This document shows positions 26,442 through 40,105 of a stretch of 64,000 bases of DNA, piece by piece. The stretch lies in contig ADNK01001791.1 of assembly GCA_000320545.1 (NCBI GenBank), positions 1 to 64,000 of the forward strand, written 5' to 3'. A model generated the notes under the pieces. The model was not told the DNA's origin. It was given only the letters and a program-made list of their open reading frames with translations, and searched no databases. How positions within the stretch are numbered: the first letter of the stretch is position 1; each line of letters opens with the position of its first letter. The stretch comes from Bigelowiella natans CCMP2755 (taxonomy: Eukaryota > Protista > Cercozoa). Made by a program: the position numbers and the translations under genes.

Positions 26442-28666
26442 GGGCAGGGGATTATTGGATATGTGCTCTCCTTCGAGCATCAGGATGTAGCACCCACAAT
26501 TCCGAGGAGTTATTCAGGATTCGCTATGCTACCGTATCTCTCGTTCAGAAGTTTCGCGCATACAGATATATGACGATGTCTCGTTTCCCCGTAAAACATA
26601 CTTTAAACACCTTCTACTACTTCTTCTTCTTCTTCTTCACTAATGACCTGGTTCAACGTCCAAACACCGGGTGCGTTTAGCCTGTTGGGGACAGCAGCAG
26701 CAGCAGAGAAAGGTACAACGATGATGGATGCAGGTGGTTAGGGTTAGGGGAAGAAGGAGTGCATCCTGCTCCAAACTAAAGCTGAAATCACGTGAAAATA
26801 ATGCTTATCATCATCATCATCATCATCATCATCATCGTTGTTTTTGGATATTTTCCCATTCAGCCGAGCCTTCCTCAAAGACACATCAGGAGGGTCCCCG
26901 CCAAAATCGCCATTAATGAGAAACACAGAGCAGGACGCGTACTTGTAAACAGCGCGGATCTGAAGATGGTCATGGAGGTTCTTTCCCACGCCGGGAAGCG
27001 AGATTTTGGGCAATACGCCGATCTTCCTCAACTCCTCTGCATGGCCAATCCCCGAAAGCATGAGGATTTGGGGAGATCCAATGGAACCCGCACTCAAGAT
27101 AACCTGCACATGACCGGATGCGAAAGTAGTAGTCACACATCAAATCACCGTTTTCCTTGGAGGTTTCGTAAGAACGACTATCGTTTCATCAGCTTTCCCT
27201 CTCGGGGGGACGGATTCTTTCAATGTGTGTTAAGTAAGCTCGCTTGTCGGTCCTGTGCATGTTTGTGTCATCTCATTGGCCTCTCATTAGCGGATCGACC
27301 TCGTTCTCCGCTTCGATTCGCTTTGACTCTCCTCCAACGTGCACATTGATTCCTTTTGTAGGAGGTGGATGGGTAAATCCTCATGAAATAATACGAATAC
27401 GAATTACTTAGCCCCCCCCCCCCCCCCCAACGGCCGGCTACTACCACGCACACGACGCTTCATATTAGGGCAAGAAGATGATAAAGACGAGGATGCCGTG
27501 CTGTCTAGGTCAAGCGACTCCGTCAAACAGCCTGTTGCGAGCGTAAGGTTTGGCCTACCAGGGGAAGGAGAACGACAAAGGGTGGGGGGGGGGGGAGGGG
27601 AGATGCATTATATAAATATGATATGTGTTGGTCGACCCCAGTTCCTCCTCAGCGGAGCTCCATGTTTTGTTCAGTGGCAGGTTGATGTTATTACATATAT
27701 TATACCACAGTACCTCTCTTGCAAGATGGGGTGGATGAAAGCACGGTAAGAGGAGAGGCGGACGCCCTCAGTTTGGTTCACCTTCCATCATAATTTAACC
27801 AAAAACAATACATGCTTTCTTTTTCCAAACAATATCACGGTCATTGCTACGTTTTGTGTCGAATGTTCAGACTCCACATAGAGTAAGAAAGGGAGAGAGA
27901 GAGCGCAATAATAGCGATGTGAGCCCCCCCCCTCCTCGTTCCTACTGATCTACTGACATTTTCACTCCGTTGAAAATACTACCTGGAAATATCCTACCGA
28001 CTCACGGTCTGACGCGTGGAAATCCGCAACTTCTGGGATTCCAATCTGAACCATAGAGAAGGAGCATTCGAAAGTAAGCGCACGTAACAAGGCGCAATCG
28101 AAGACTTCGCGCAACAATTGAAAAATATTATTCTCTAAAAAAAAAGTAATATCCTCCGTGTCACTGATGAATTCTGGTGATGTTGGAAGAGACTTGCTGC
28201 TGAAACCTCGAGGATAAATTATTTAGATTTTGAAGCCTGCACGCGCACGCACCGACCTCCTTTGCAGCGCCGATGAAACGGTCCAGCACATCCCATTGCA
28301 CGCGTGGAGGCTCTACCCGCCATTTGCCTATTTTCCGGTGATAACGACAAAAAAAAGAAATCCAAAATATCAGTGAAAATAAATAACGAATACTTTCTCA
28401 GGTAAGTAAGTAATTCGTTTGGCGCTGAAGCTGATGCTATTATGGGTACAACGGAAAGAACACTTATACAATGAAATTACGAAATCTTGGTGATGATAGA
28501 TAGCGATGATGGCAGCACTGCAACTGCAGTGTCATCAAGAGCGAGAAAACCGGTCCCCCTCATTCGAAATATGCAAAAACCGCTCTCGTGCTTGAAATGA
28601 ACCGTAGATATGGGAGACATTCTTACATCGAAATATGAACGAATAATGGCTGTGTTCGAATACTTA

Positions 28667-28724
<58 letters not shown>

Positions 28725-30312
28725 TAGAGCAGTATTATTTCACAGATGATAACGACGTTTTGATTCTGATGTGGGGCCTTGAGAATGCTTGGTAGCCCCG
28801 TCACCGCCGCATCGATAATCGAGCATCTAAGGAGAGAGCGAAAGAGCGCAAGCAGCATAGCACATAGCACACAGCACACAGCAGAGTTGGAAGGACTTTT
28901 CACAATGCACGATCCTTTGGTGGTGCGAAACATGTCGCTGGCCTTGTTCATACGACTTACACGTGACGCTAAAAAGAGAAATGTTATCGGAAACCGCACT
29001 GCTGCTTTTCGTGCAGAATGTGTCTGGATGATAATGAATAGTTTTGAAATCCCTTCTTCTTCTTCTTCTTCTTCTTCTTCTTCTTCTTTTTCTTCTCCTT
29101 GTTCCCCTTCCCCCTCCAACTACATTATCGAAGTATCCTTGCACGTTTGAGGACCCCCATCCTTCGTTTCCAAACTGTTTTGAGGAGATACCGAGCAACA
29201 ACGACAATAACAACAACAGCAGCAGCACACGGCAACAAGGTACACGGAGCGCATGAGAATTTTAGTAATAATCGCTTGCGCCACGCAGAGAAACCGGGGA
29301 AAATAGATCGGTAATTTGCACCGCCGCACTTCTCCTTCTACATGATGGTCAGAGTGCTTGCGATGAGTGTTGTTGTTTGTTGTTGTTTGTTTGTTGTTGT
29401 TTGTTGTTGTCCACCTCCATCTCCCACAAGTCGTAGTCCCTCTTTTGCCCCTTCGTTTATCCATGTATCAGTAGAGTTTTTTAGGAGATTCGTAGAACGC
29501 AGTTACAATCAGTGTGTGTGGGGAGGGCGGAGGAGGGGGGTTAATCGTGCAGCCAGTTATATGTGTAGAAACGCTCTTATTCACATATCACGACTCCTCC
29601 CCCCCCATTATGTCACGCAATAACAACGAAAAGAAGCAGCAAACTAAAATCGCTTAGAAAAATGACTTCTAGTTCCCACAGGACCGGCTCAATAGATGTT
29701 GGCGGGTTTAATTTGACAATGCTTTCCTACTGCTCCTATGTATAATTACCCTTTGGTAAATCATGCCGTTTATTGATGAACATCCTCCTAACACCTGAGT
29801 ACGGAGAAGCATCAGCATCTTAATTTTGAACAATAATATATAAACTTCGGCGCACCTTGCCACGGGGATATCCTATCTTTCTTCCGTTTAGGCCTGGTTG
29901 GAGTTCCTACGCACCAAACACACATCTTAGATTAGTACAGAGAGAAGAGTTCGTCTACTGAGACAGTGTGTTCTTTCCTGGCCGAATCTGCAACACCTGG
30001 AGACTTTCTCGCTTTTCAGCTCAGACATACATCAATCGTTTCCATCGTCTTATTTACTGAACAATACCGTTTCGTAGCCCCAGGAGGTGTTGGGATCGTT
30101 CATGGTGTAGAGGTAGCCGACAGGGATGTGGATCCACATGTGTAAGTCCTGCGACGAGGAGGTGCCGTCAGAACGATTGTCAATTATCAATGTGGCAATT
30201 TCATCGATGATTTCAATGACGGTGTACTAATGAATGAGAAGCCGAGATGATTATATCATTACTTCTGTGTTAGCTTTGTAACTGTACGCCTGATGAGGCT
30301 TAGTCCCCCCCC

Positions 30313-30369
<57 letters not shown>

Positions 30370-30682
30370 TTCTGTCTGTCTGTCTTTCTGCCTGTTTATG
30401 GGGAGGGGGAGGAGTATACTTGTATATTGGTCGTTATATATATGTCAATTTCATACATTGCCGCCGGCTTCAATGAGTAGGACTTTGTTCCGAGGATTTT
30501 CCGAGAGGCGGTTTGCAAGTAGGCACCTGTTTTAGAGTTAGATTTGCACGCAACATTTTTCCAATCATTGATCCTCCTGATGCGTTTCCCGTCCAAAGTC
30601 ATTAATTTGGCACTCACCCAGCACTGCCCGCGCCTACAATCACATAGTCGTACTTCGGGAGGAGGCGGGGCCTGAGGGCCAT
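23318..30682 (-). CDS. GMC oxidoreductase (choline dehydrogenase-like), many exons
   Basis: MALRPRLLPKYDYVIVGAGSAG|CLLANRLSE...VLLIEAGG, WIHIPVGYLY, VILSAGSIGSPQILMLSGIG...GVGKNLHDHLQ, IFHPVGTC, LRVVDASIMP, GNTNSPTLMIAEKAAEMI. Confidence 0.92.
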
Positions 30683-31316
30683 CAGAAGGCAAATACATCA
30701 AAGTAATTCCAGGGTGTCTCCCTACAGTGCGGAGGGAGATATTCATTCGAATCGAATTACGTGCTTCCAGGAAGCCTAAGGCCCCTGAGCATGCCCGACA
30801 GCATGCTCATCTTTCTCCTGTGCTGTAACCAGATGTACAGCCCCTGCCGTGATGTGTGTTATCAACAGTCCGAGGTCCGGAGAAGATAGGGTATACCCTA
30901 CCTCGCCTGATAAGAAAACAACACCGAAACATCTAAAACAAGATAAATAGATAGAAACAATAAACACAACATCATTAGTGATGTGATATGATAGTAGGAT
31001 AAGAGCTGCATGTTCGAAAGGCTAACCAGCTATACGACTCGACATCGACAACAACTACAACAATGCACATGTTGTTTTAGATGTGCTTAGTTCGGAAAAT
31101 GTCACTCAGTCAAATTGATCAACAACAGCCACAACAATGCACATCTGATTAATTTAGGAAATATTTTTAGGTTAAAACCATGGTACAAAGAAAGACGAAC
31201 TAAGACAACGTCTACAACAATAAAAACAACAACAACAACTCGCCTCGATGGCGTCCCAACTCGTACCGATCGCTCCACAGCCGATCTTATTAAAGGTGCA
31301 AGGCATGAGCTAGGCA

Positions 31317-33239
31317 ATGGCCAGAGAGAGGAAAATCACCGCCATCGAATATATTTAGTAATTTAAATCCCCCATCAAGTATGAAGCAACCCCCCCCCTA
31401 TTCCCTGCCCCCTGCTCAGATCATTCGGCGGATGGTAAAGGAGCCCACAAACGGAAAGCTACGGAGGCTGAAGATGGAAAAGCTGAGGGGAAAGCTGAAT
31501 ACAGCGTCGATTCTAGCGCTAAAAAATCACGGCTTTAAAGAGGAAAACGGGTGAGAACATAACGCATCCGTATGATGACGGAAATTAGGCATCGTATTTG
31601 TTCGATGACAATGGCGAAGACAGAGATTGCTCTTGCTCTTTCAGGTTGCTGTGTCTCCCTCTTGGCAGTGAGGGAGATAAGAAGGCACAAAATCTGCTCA
31701 CTATGCTGGAGTCTTTGCGGAATAAGGCCAAGATGTTCCAGTCGGATCAAGACGAGAAGAGAGTCATCTCGGACTCGAAGGACACCATCAATGCGGTGAT
31801 TTGCACATCCAGAATGAATTCGCGCGTGTCCATATCTCTGATCCCAAAACCACCAGCACGTCCATAGCATGCTCCTATGAACGAGCGGATCAGAAGAGTT
31901 GCAAGTGATACTCGAGAGAATATGCCTACTCTCAATTCACACTATTCTGTACGGCGAGTTAGGTTGAAATGACCGCCACGCGCATGGAGAGGCACCTTGA
32001 AATATATAGGTGGGAATTCGCTTTTCGAATTATCGGTGATGTAGTCGGGCGGCAGTATTGCGCAAAAACAATACCTTCAATTCCATACACAAATTTATAT
32101 TTGTATGCATATGAGTATATCATCTATTATGCAGAAGATCTAATTTCCGTTGGTAACAGAGCTGTGGACCCATCGCAACCTCCCCCCTCTATGTGGGATT
32201 CTCACGTTTCAGCCTGGCGATCTGCAGGTAACTATCTGATAGGTTTACTGCAACAACATGCTGGACCCTTCTCTATTTTAGCCTATTCGTTTTTCCTACA
32301 TCTTCGTCGACATGATTGATGTAAATTGTGCAATATTATCCTCTCACTTATTATTCACTTGCTATTATTACTATTATTATGAAGGGAAAGTGCTCGTAGA
32401 CACGCTAGAGGCGGCGCTGAAGGTGATGAAGTTGTTATCGTTTTATCTTGCACGACACTACCAAGAAACTTCCAGGAGCTGAACAGTCGCAATCATCATC
32501 ATCATTATCATCATCTTACCATGATTTAGTATCATATTGTCATCATGATCGATGGTACATTTAAAATAAAAACTAAAGGCACATCCGTCCAAATTCCGCC
32601 TTCCAACCGCTGGTGCTGCAGGCCTTCACGTACTACAGAACAGTGTTGCTCAATAGCGTCGTCAGAATTATGTCATTTTCATACCGGAAAGCACCGAGAT
32701 TCAAGTTGAATTCTAGAACTTTGCATCGTCATCATCATCATTATCATCGTGGTTCATCGTTGTCGTTGTCGCTACCATTCCATAGCTGATAGCTGCGACT
32801 TACAATTCGTAGTCTCCGCTTGCTCGTATAAATTGCTGCCCCGGAGCTTTGCTGGTGTTGAGGTCTTGCGGGTTCATCTTCACGGCGAACTCAGTGTTTC
32901 TCAGCGAAAATGCCGGAGCCTCAAAGATGGACAAACTGCGTACGCGTACATTCTCGCATTTGTCGACAAAAATCTTTGAAATTTCATTCTGAACGGAGAC
33001 TGGGGGGGGGGGGGGGGGAGTGGGTGCGCGCACAGACCCTGGCCAAGCGAGCTACCACCCCAGCTAGGATAAGGAAAAGCATTAGAGTGATGATCGTAAT
33101 CGAGAGTGAATGTTTACAAGGATGATTAACCAGGTGCTTGTATTGTCGAAATCCGGAGGAAGCTGCTCAAGGTGATAAACACCTGATTATATGACACAAA
33201 AACGTACAACATTAACGACCAGTAACTTACACATAATCG

Positions 33240-33282
<43 letters not shown>

Positions 33283-33376
33283 ATGTTATATCTGTAGGAT
33301 TCTCACCAAACCGCCAAGGCCAGAGCAAGCGCAATCGATCGATTAGCTTTTTCGGCTCTCAAGAAGAAAAAGAAGA

Positions 33377-33408
<32 letters not shown>

Positions 33409-34576
33409 AAGAGGGGGCCGGGGGCAGATGTTAGTGCGGAAGACTATAAGAGCAACCAAGGTGATATTTCTAAATACTTGTTTATCTGAGGAATATAAAA
33501 TTCGAATACACACACACACACACACACACAATCTCATATACGTACTCCCTCCCCCCCCCCCCCCCCCCAAAAAAAAACCGTAGCTTTAGGAATGAGGCAA
33601 AGATTAAAGGAGGCGACGATTAGAATAGATACCCTGCAGGCTCTCCTCACGGAAAAGCGAGGTAGTTTTATCGGGGTTCCCCTCATCGTTGTCATCGTCG
33701 TCATTATCGTAGTTGTATTACTACTGTATTCGCTATCATTCACCCACCCTGTCGTCACAACAAATCCAACATATTCTTCTTCACATTCATCCTTTTACAC
33801 CACCACCACCACCACCACCACCACCACCGCAGACGAATTTGGAGAACCTTTTAGAATACAGTGGACAGTGCCCAACTGGAAGCTGCGGGTGAGCCGCGTT
33901 GCGTTGCGTTGCGTTGCGGGAAAAACAGAGAGGAGTTCGGTTTTCATCAAAATATTAATGGCGCCGATAAGCTCTATTCCATCGAGGGTAGCAATTGCCG
34001 TTCTCCCAATCTTCTGCAGTGAAACAACACAGCACAATATATCACCGTTGCAAAGCCGCAAAATAACGAGTTTTTCTGGGCAGCGCCATAACATCCGTTT
34101 CTCCGGCTTTTGAGCTTCCAATCGTGTACTTGTTGTACTTGTTGTTGTTGTTGTTGTTGTTGACAATGTGCGTGTTTGATGCATTACCAAAGCCCATTTC
34201 GGACGACACCTCCGCCTGCTTCACATCACCTGCGAGCATTGAGTCAGTCGTACATGTCTCATTCTCATCATCGTCATCATCATCATCGTCATCATCATCA
34301 TCACCATCATCATCGTCGTCGTCATCATGTTGATCATGCTCCTGTACATGGCGGTGCTTGATCGTTAGGATATGCGGTAGTGGTTGCTACTTCGTGTGTA
34401 CGATTTAGAAACGAATATAAAAGATCAAAATGAACCAAAGAAGTGGTGTTTAATAGCTAATATAAATGTGTGTCACCCCTCCCCACCCCCTCCGTTGTCT
34501 CTTTCACGTTGGTCAGGGATTCTCAAGGGCGTCGCTGGCGAGGTTTTGTTTTCTGGATGCATTTGGAGCTAGTCTG

Positions 34577-34616
<40 letters not shown>

Positions 34617-35190
34617 TTCTCATATAGTCACATACATGCAGTATTAAGAGAGAGTGTGGTGGCTATTGCCTATGTTGTCGCAGGGTATATTCGCAAGCCG
34701 CACGGCACAGGATCGAGGGGGAGAAATGACTACGGCGTGGGTCAGCAGCAGCTCCATTAACAGAAGACGCACACATTCACCGTCTAACCCTGGAAATAAT
34801 ACACACTAGTGCACACGCTCATCGCTGGAATTCGAATGTGTGTATGAATGTATTGTGTGCGTGTGTGCGTGTGTGCGTGTGTGTGTGCGTTGTCATTAGA
34901 ACGCAAACATCTTCAGTCTGTTTTGTATTCTCACGCCCCTTAAATGCGACCGCACGTGCATCATTATTCCTTCACATCGTACGGAATAGTGATATACGTG
35001 GTTTGCTATATTACATGATCCTGAGACACTGTCGTTGGTGTTGTCACTCGTTCTGCTCTGCAGGGATCTTCCTCGAGTGCATGTCGCGGTCAAAACTTCC
35101 GGCCAAGGTGTTTGCGGTGTTGCTAGTCCTTGTGTGATGATGATGATGCGCCTTGCAGCGTCTTAATAATTTATCGACGGAATAATCAGC

Positions 35191-35239
<49 letters not shown>

Positions 35240-35495
35240 ATGAGAGGTGGGGGAAATTGCTTGTTAAGTTGGGAAATTAACAACTAAGGTGTCGCTCCAT
35301 GGATGCATTCTGCACGCTGCAACAAAGCTTCCCATATATCCTGGTATGAAATTAGATTGCACAGATTGACATGGATCATCTTTGCAGGATATGCGTTTTG
35401 CCTCGCAGACCAAATCTAACAGAGCCACACCAGTTTTCTTGATGCCTTCGGATGTATACGTGCGCTAATACCCATCTGCCCTCCCCTGTTCCCGC

Positions 35496-35534
<39 letters not shown>

Positions 35535-35902
35535 GCAATTTGCATCGTCGAAGGTGTGGGGGCCTCCGTCGCATCCGGTCGCATTTTCACCAGCGAGGAC
35601 TCCAAGTGGGGATTTCCCAAGGTTTGTTCGTCATCATTATCACCACCGCTATCACCACCTTCAACAGCGACGGCAACAATCAAATATACACATTTACCGC
35701 GCGTACTTGTTATGTTTCCGAGGGCAGCGTAACGCTCTCTAAAATGAATCAGGTTATTCCGGGAGGGGGGTCTGCTCTGCTCTCTGGACTAGGTGGGAGA
35801 GAGATAAGCAACACCGTATTTTAGACAAACAAGCCAGAATTCGTGGAGTAGTACTCGATTATCAACAAAGATCGTTGCATCTACACATACATATTTATAT
35901 CT

Positions 35903-35934
<32 letters not shown>

Positions 35935-36177
35935 ATCTGAATTCACGTATGTATAGGTGCCTACGACCCACAAGGAGATGCTTTGTGCGTTCGTATTGAC
36001 TTTGCTGTTTCGGGGGTGCCCGTCGAGCCAGAGGGGGGAGAGGAGAGCGACGAAAAGGAGGGAACAGGTAGTAAGCAGCAGGTAGAAGATGATGAAGGGC
36101 GGATAGACGATGAAGAGGCTGGAAGTAATACTAAGATAGGCACGTGTAACGATCTTGACGGTGATAAGAAGTCATGA
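31317..36177 (+). CDS. MATH/TRAF-domain protein with coiled coil and N-terminal PUB-like region(s), multi-exon; start uncertain
   Basis: MATH-like exons FRIQWTVPNW, DSQGRRW, GIFLEC, RIFTSEDSKWGFPK, AYDPQGDALCVRIDF. PUB-like INCCPGALLVLRSCGFIF (~32830). Confidence 0.65.
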
Positions 36178-36920
36178 GCTTGCTTAGTGCTCTTCATGTA
36201 ATACATCTGATACGATTGCTGCTGCTGAATTCACAAAGCTCCCTTGAATCATGTGCATGCTAGCATGCAGCAACATCATCAATTTCATTGTGTGCTTTAG
36301 CTGGTTATTAGATCAACATTTTCGCTAAACGTCCTGAGTGCTGAGCGGCCACGTACATGTGCTGCGAGCGCTTTGGCATGCTAGCTAGCATGTGAGTCAG
36401 CAGGGCGCAGCCGGTATTACATCTCACATCGACCACTAATACGTATGCAGGCCAGCTAGCCAGCAGGTTGCATACACAGCTAAAAAATGTAATTATCCGT
36501 TACATACATCCGATCCGTTCATTCATTCACACCTGGACATCGCCGTAGACCACCAGCCCTACCTAGCTAGCTAGCTACCACACAAAGATCTGAGTTCCCA
36601 TGTGCATGTACGCGTGTATCCACTACTAGACTAGTCCAGCAGATGTACATTCTAACATGCTGTGTTGCGCATCAGACTTCCTTGCTGCACTTACTCTGAT
36701 GCTAATTACCTGGCCAGCTGTACTAATAATATGGTACCAACAAAGCAGCACCAACATGCTGCTCTGTGTCTGGCGAAACGTCATGCACGGCAGAACCGCC
36801 CCCCTCTAGACATACGCATGCGAACGATCACATTTACTTTCCAGTAGCTCTGGAGTGATAACGGGTGGAACATAGCACAGAGCTTGCATAGTGGATTACA
36901 TGAAAATTGATGGAGCAGAC

Positions 36921-37906
36921 CTACATAGTGCTAGCTTTGCTGTTGATGGTTTTTTTCTTTTTCTTTTTCTTTTTCTTCTTTGTCGGTTCTTCCACTCCGC
37001 TCGCCTCTTCCCCGGTAGGAGAAGGAGCAGCCGTTTTCTGGGCAGTGGTAGTTGTCGGGGCAGCTTTCGGCTGGGTTTCTTCGCTTTTCTTCCCATCCTC
37101 TTTCACGTCACCACCGCTACTAGTATTACCTTTCAGCGGTTGCTGGTGCTGCTGTTTCTGCTGTGCCCCCGACTTCGCTGCGGAGGAAGAGGCATTATTC
37201 GCACCGCTGTTCCCGGCAGCACTGTTGCTGCTGCTGCTGCTGCTGCTATTTGCACTCTTCTTCTTCGATGATTCCAATAGACTTCGCTTGCTTTCGGAGT
37301 AGAGTTTGTACACGGCCTCCACGATTCTCGCAACGTCGCTAAGCTGATGGCGCGCGTGCAACAAGCGCTGCGAGTCTATGTACTCCTCTCTGTCTATTGG
37401 CTCCGGGCCTGACGACGTGCCATCGCTTTTCATCGTGGAAAATAGCTGAGGCCGCCGCGCGAGGAGTCTGAACATCTTCTTGAGCTTCTCAAGCTGAGAT
37501 ATGACATCGGCTGGCGATTTCGCAACGTGGGGGTCCTGATGGAGGAGCTCGTATTCGTTCATCTGAATCATGGGCATTCTTCCACCGACGCTGCTCGCCC
37601 GGCCACCGGGAGGGGTTGGACCTGAGCGAGGAGGAGGGGCAAACAAGCAGCCCAACGACATAGACACACACACACACACACACGCACACACGCACACAGG
37701 ACGAGGGGTGAGAACAACAAGTGGGTAAATTGATCATCAGCGCTAACTGATGGATGGATTATTGTTGTTGTTAAGGTGGTAGCAGCTGGTTGCACTCGAT
37801 CGGCTGCTTCCCTCCACAGCACATCGTATATAATAAAGATAGTGATGATCCTGCTCCTCCCGTACCAATCCACCACCCAATAGGCAGGCAGGCAGGCGGA
37901 TATATA

Positions 37907-37978
<72 letters not shown>

Positions 37979-39533
37979 GTATATATTCATGCCCATATCA
38001 CTCCACTTCTAACCCGGTGCCGGCCCAACAGGAGAATCTTCGCTCAAAGTAGCAGCAGCAACAGCAGAGGGCCCTGCTCCAGAGGGGGAGGCCATCAATC
38101 CCTGATGAGCTCCAAACGACGGCAAAGGGGCGAATCCTGATGTGTATGGGGGGTTAATGCCGGGGTGATGCTTGGGCGACGACTGTGGTGAGGAGAACGG
38201 CGTGCCGGCACCTGATGACTTCAAATGGCGCATCTGGAAGGACCGATGATGCTGCTGGCTGCTAGGGAAGTGATGACGTGTCATTTGGTGGCGTCTCTTG
38301 AATAGGCGCCACTCCTCTACCGTGACCTGCCGGTCTTTGTTCATCCGTTGGAACTGATTCCATGAGATGGAGGCGAGGAGGGGGTTGGGCTTGAAGTCGG
38401 TGTCGTTTTGCTTCATCATTTCCGACGGGTTCATGTTTGCGGCAGAGTCGGCAGCCTCTTTTGCTGCCTTGGCCGCGGCCTCAGCAGCAGCTGCAGCTTC
38501 TATCTGCTCCTGCTGCCGGCGGTGCTTCTCCTTATAGGCTCGCCATTCCGCGGGGGAGACCTGGCGGCCAGTGTGCATCTTCTGGAAAGCGTTCCACGAG
38601 ATCGTAGCCCCCTCTTTGACCCGGTTTGTGAGCTTTGGGGTCTTCATGACCTGGTCCGTCTTCTCCGGTTCTTTCGGAAAGCTCTCCTTAATCCCGTTGG
38701 GAACCCGGACAGGGGCAGCCTTCGCTAATTTGCACTGGGAGAGATATGACGCCTGGCAGCTCGCTTGAAGAGCCACGTATGTCAATTGCTGCATTTCTAT
38801 CCAGCCCCAGTCCTTTACATGCACCATCGTTTCCACACCACCGCCATTTTTGGCCTCGTCATCGTTGTCGATCTCTTTCACCTTGCCGTCCTGCGGCTGC
38901 TTTTTGCTGTCGCCCTCCCCGTCTGCTCCCGTGTTCGATGGCGTAGGGTTTTTCTTTGTATCCCCCTCCTTGCCCGTGTCCTCACCACTGGTTTGTTCTT
39001 CCATTTTGACGACTCCCGCTTTACCCTCTTTGCTTTTTTGATCTCGCTGCTTCTCTAGTTCTTGCTTCTTCGCTTTGGCGCCGTATGCCACGGGCTTGAC
39101 AGCATCTGCCAGCGGGAAGTTGATTTGGTCGAAGGCTATATCGATCCGGAACGCGTGGTCCTCTCCATCACGCTGGAACAGCTTCTTCAGCGCCGCTTTG
39201 GTAAGCTTCTTATGTTTGGAGATATCCAGCTTTAGGACGGAGGGATCGTCGAAGATCATATCTTTAGCTGAGAATAATGTTCCAACCACCCCCCAAAAAA
39301 ACACTTGAGACACATGAATTCTTTGCGCATGTAGGATCAACAGTCGTCACTAACAATCACAATTAACTAATTCTTGCAAGCAGTGTATCATGGGTGAAAA
39401 TGTACTTACAGGATTTACTAGTCCCCGCCTTTCCCTTGCTACCGTCCGGTTTCTTCCTCTGCTTCTGTCGTTTGTGCGACTTTGGCTTTGAGTCTGAGCT
39501 CGAGGGCTGAGCGTCGCTCTTGCGTTTTCCCAT
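36921..39533 (-). CDS. Hypothetical basic, probably nuclear protein with a duplicated 27-aa W-rich motif (about 4 exons)
   Basis: First exon MGKRKSDAQ...HKRQKQRKK (NLS-like). Long exons in ORFs 38009-39340 and 36921-37697. Two copies of ISWNxFQxMxxxRQVxxxEWRxxKxxH. Confidence 0.7.
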
Positions 39534-39860
39534 ATTTGGCTCTAAATAATCGTATTATCATTGGAAATTTTACTTGAGAAATGTGGACGTGGTGAACACA
39601 TATTCTTAAAAGTGTTCGCCGCTCAAACCAACGCTCGGAGTTGTGTATGAAGCCGAAAGTTTAATAGTTCTCACGATGATTCCCCAAACTATTCCATGCC
39701 CGTTCGAGAAAATATCATCTCTCAATCAAAAGAAGAAAGGCTGCTGGCTCCTCCCGGCTTCGCAGGCCAGATGCACAGCGTGACCATACAGGGGAATTTG
39801 CCATTATGACTAAATTTCTTTGTAATTATAACTTCTCTAGAGTGAATTGTTGGTGGCATC

Positions 39861-40105
39861 GCTCCTCTTCACTTTTCAAATCCTAGTATCCTGACTGCCC
39901 CCGCCCTCTCCGAAATCAAATAGAGGTTTTCACCTGTGAATCCGACGACTAGGATAGAGGGGCCTCCTATATGTGTCTCGTAAGAGTTGGAATTGGAGTT
40001 TGTGAGAAACTTGCTGCTGCCCCCCACAGCCTCTTTACGGTTTTAGGTCTTCCCTTTACTCCACGGTGTTTTCGCAGGCTTAGGGACAGGGGGGTGGGGC
40101 CGAGC
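39861..40105 (+). ncRNA. Candidate structured RNA in a divergent intergenic region
   Basis: Nested stems GCTCCTCT/AGAGGGGC and ATCCTAGT/ACTAGGAT, inner hairpins, GNRA-capped CTC-GTAA-GAG, and CTGCCCCCC/GGGGGGTGG enclosing AGCCT/AGGCT. Confidence 0.3.

Noticed and set aside
40030-40090. Telomeric repeats or telomerase template (TTTTAGG, TTAGGG)
   Set aside because: Isolated single units, with no array and no 1.5-repeat template.
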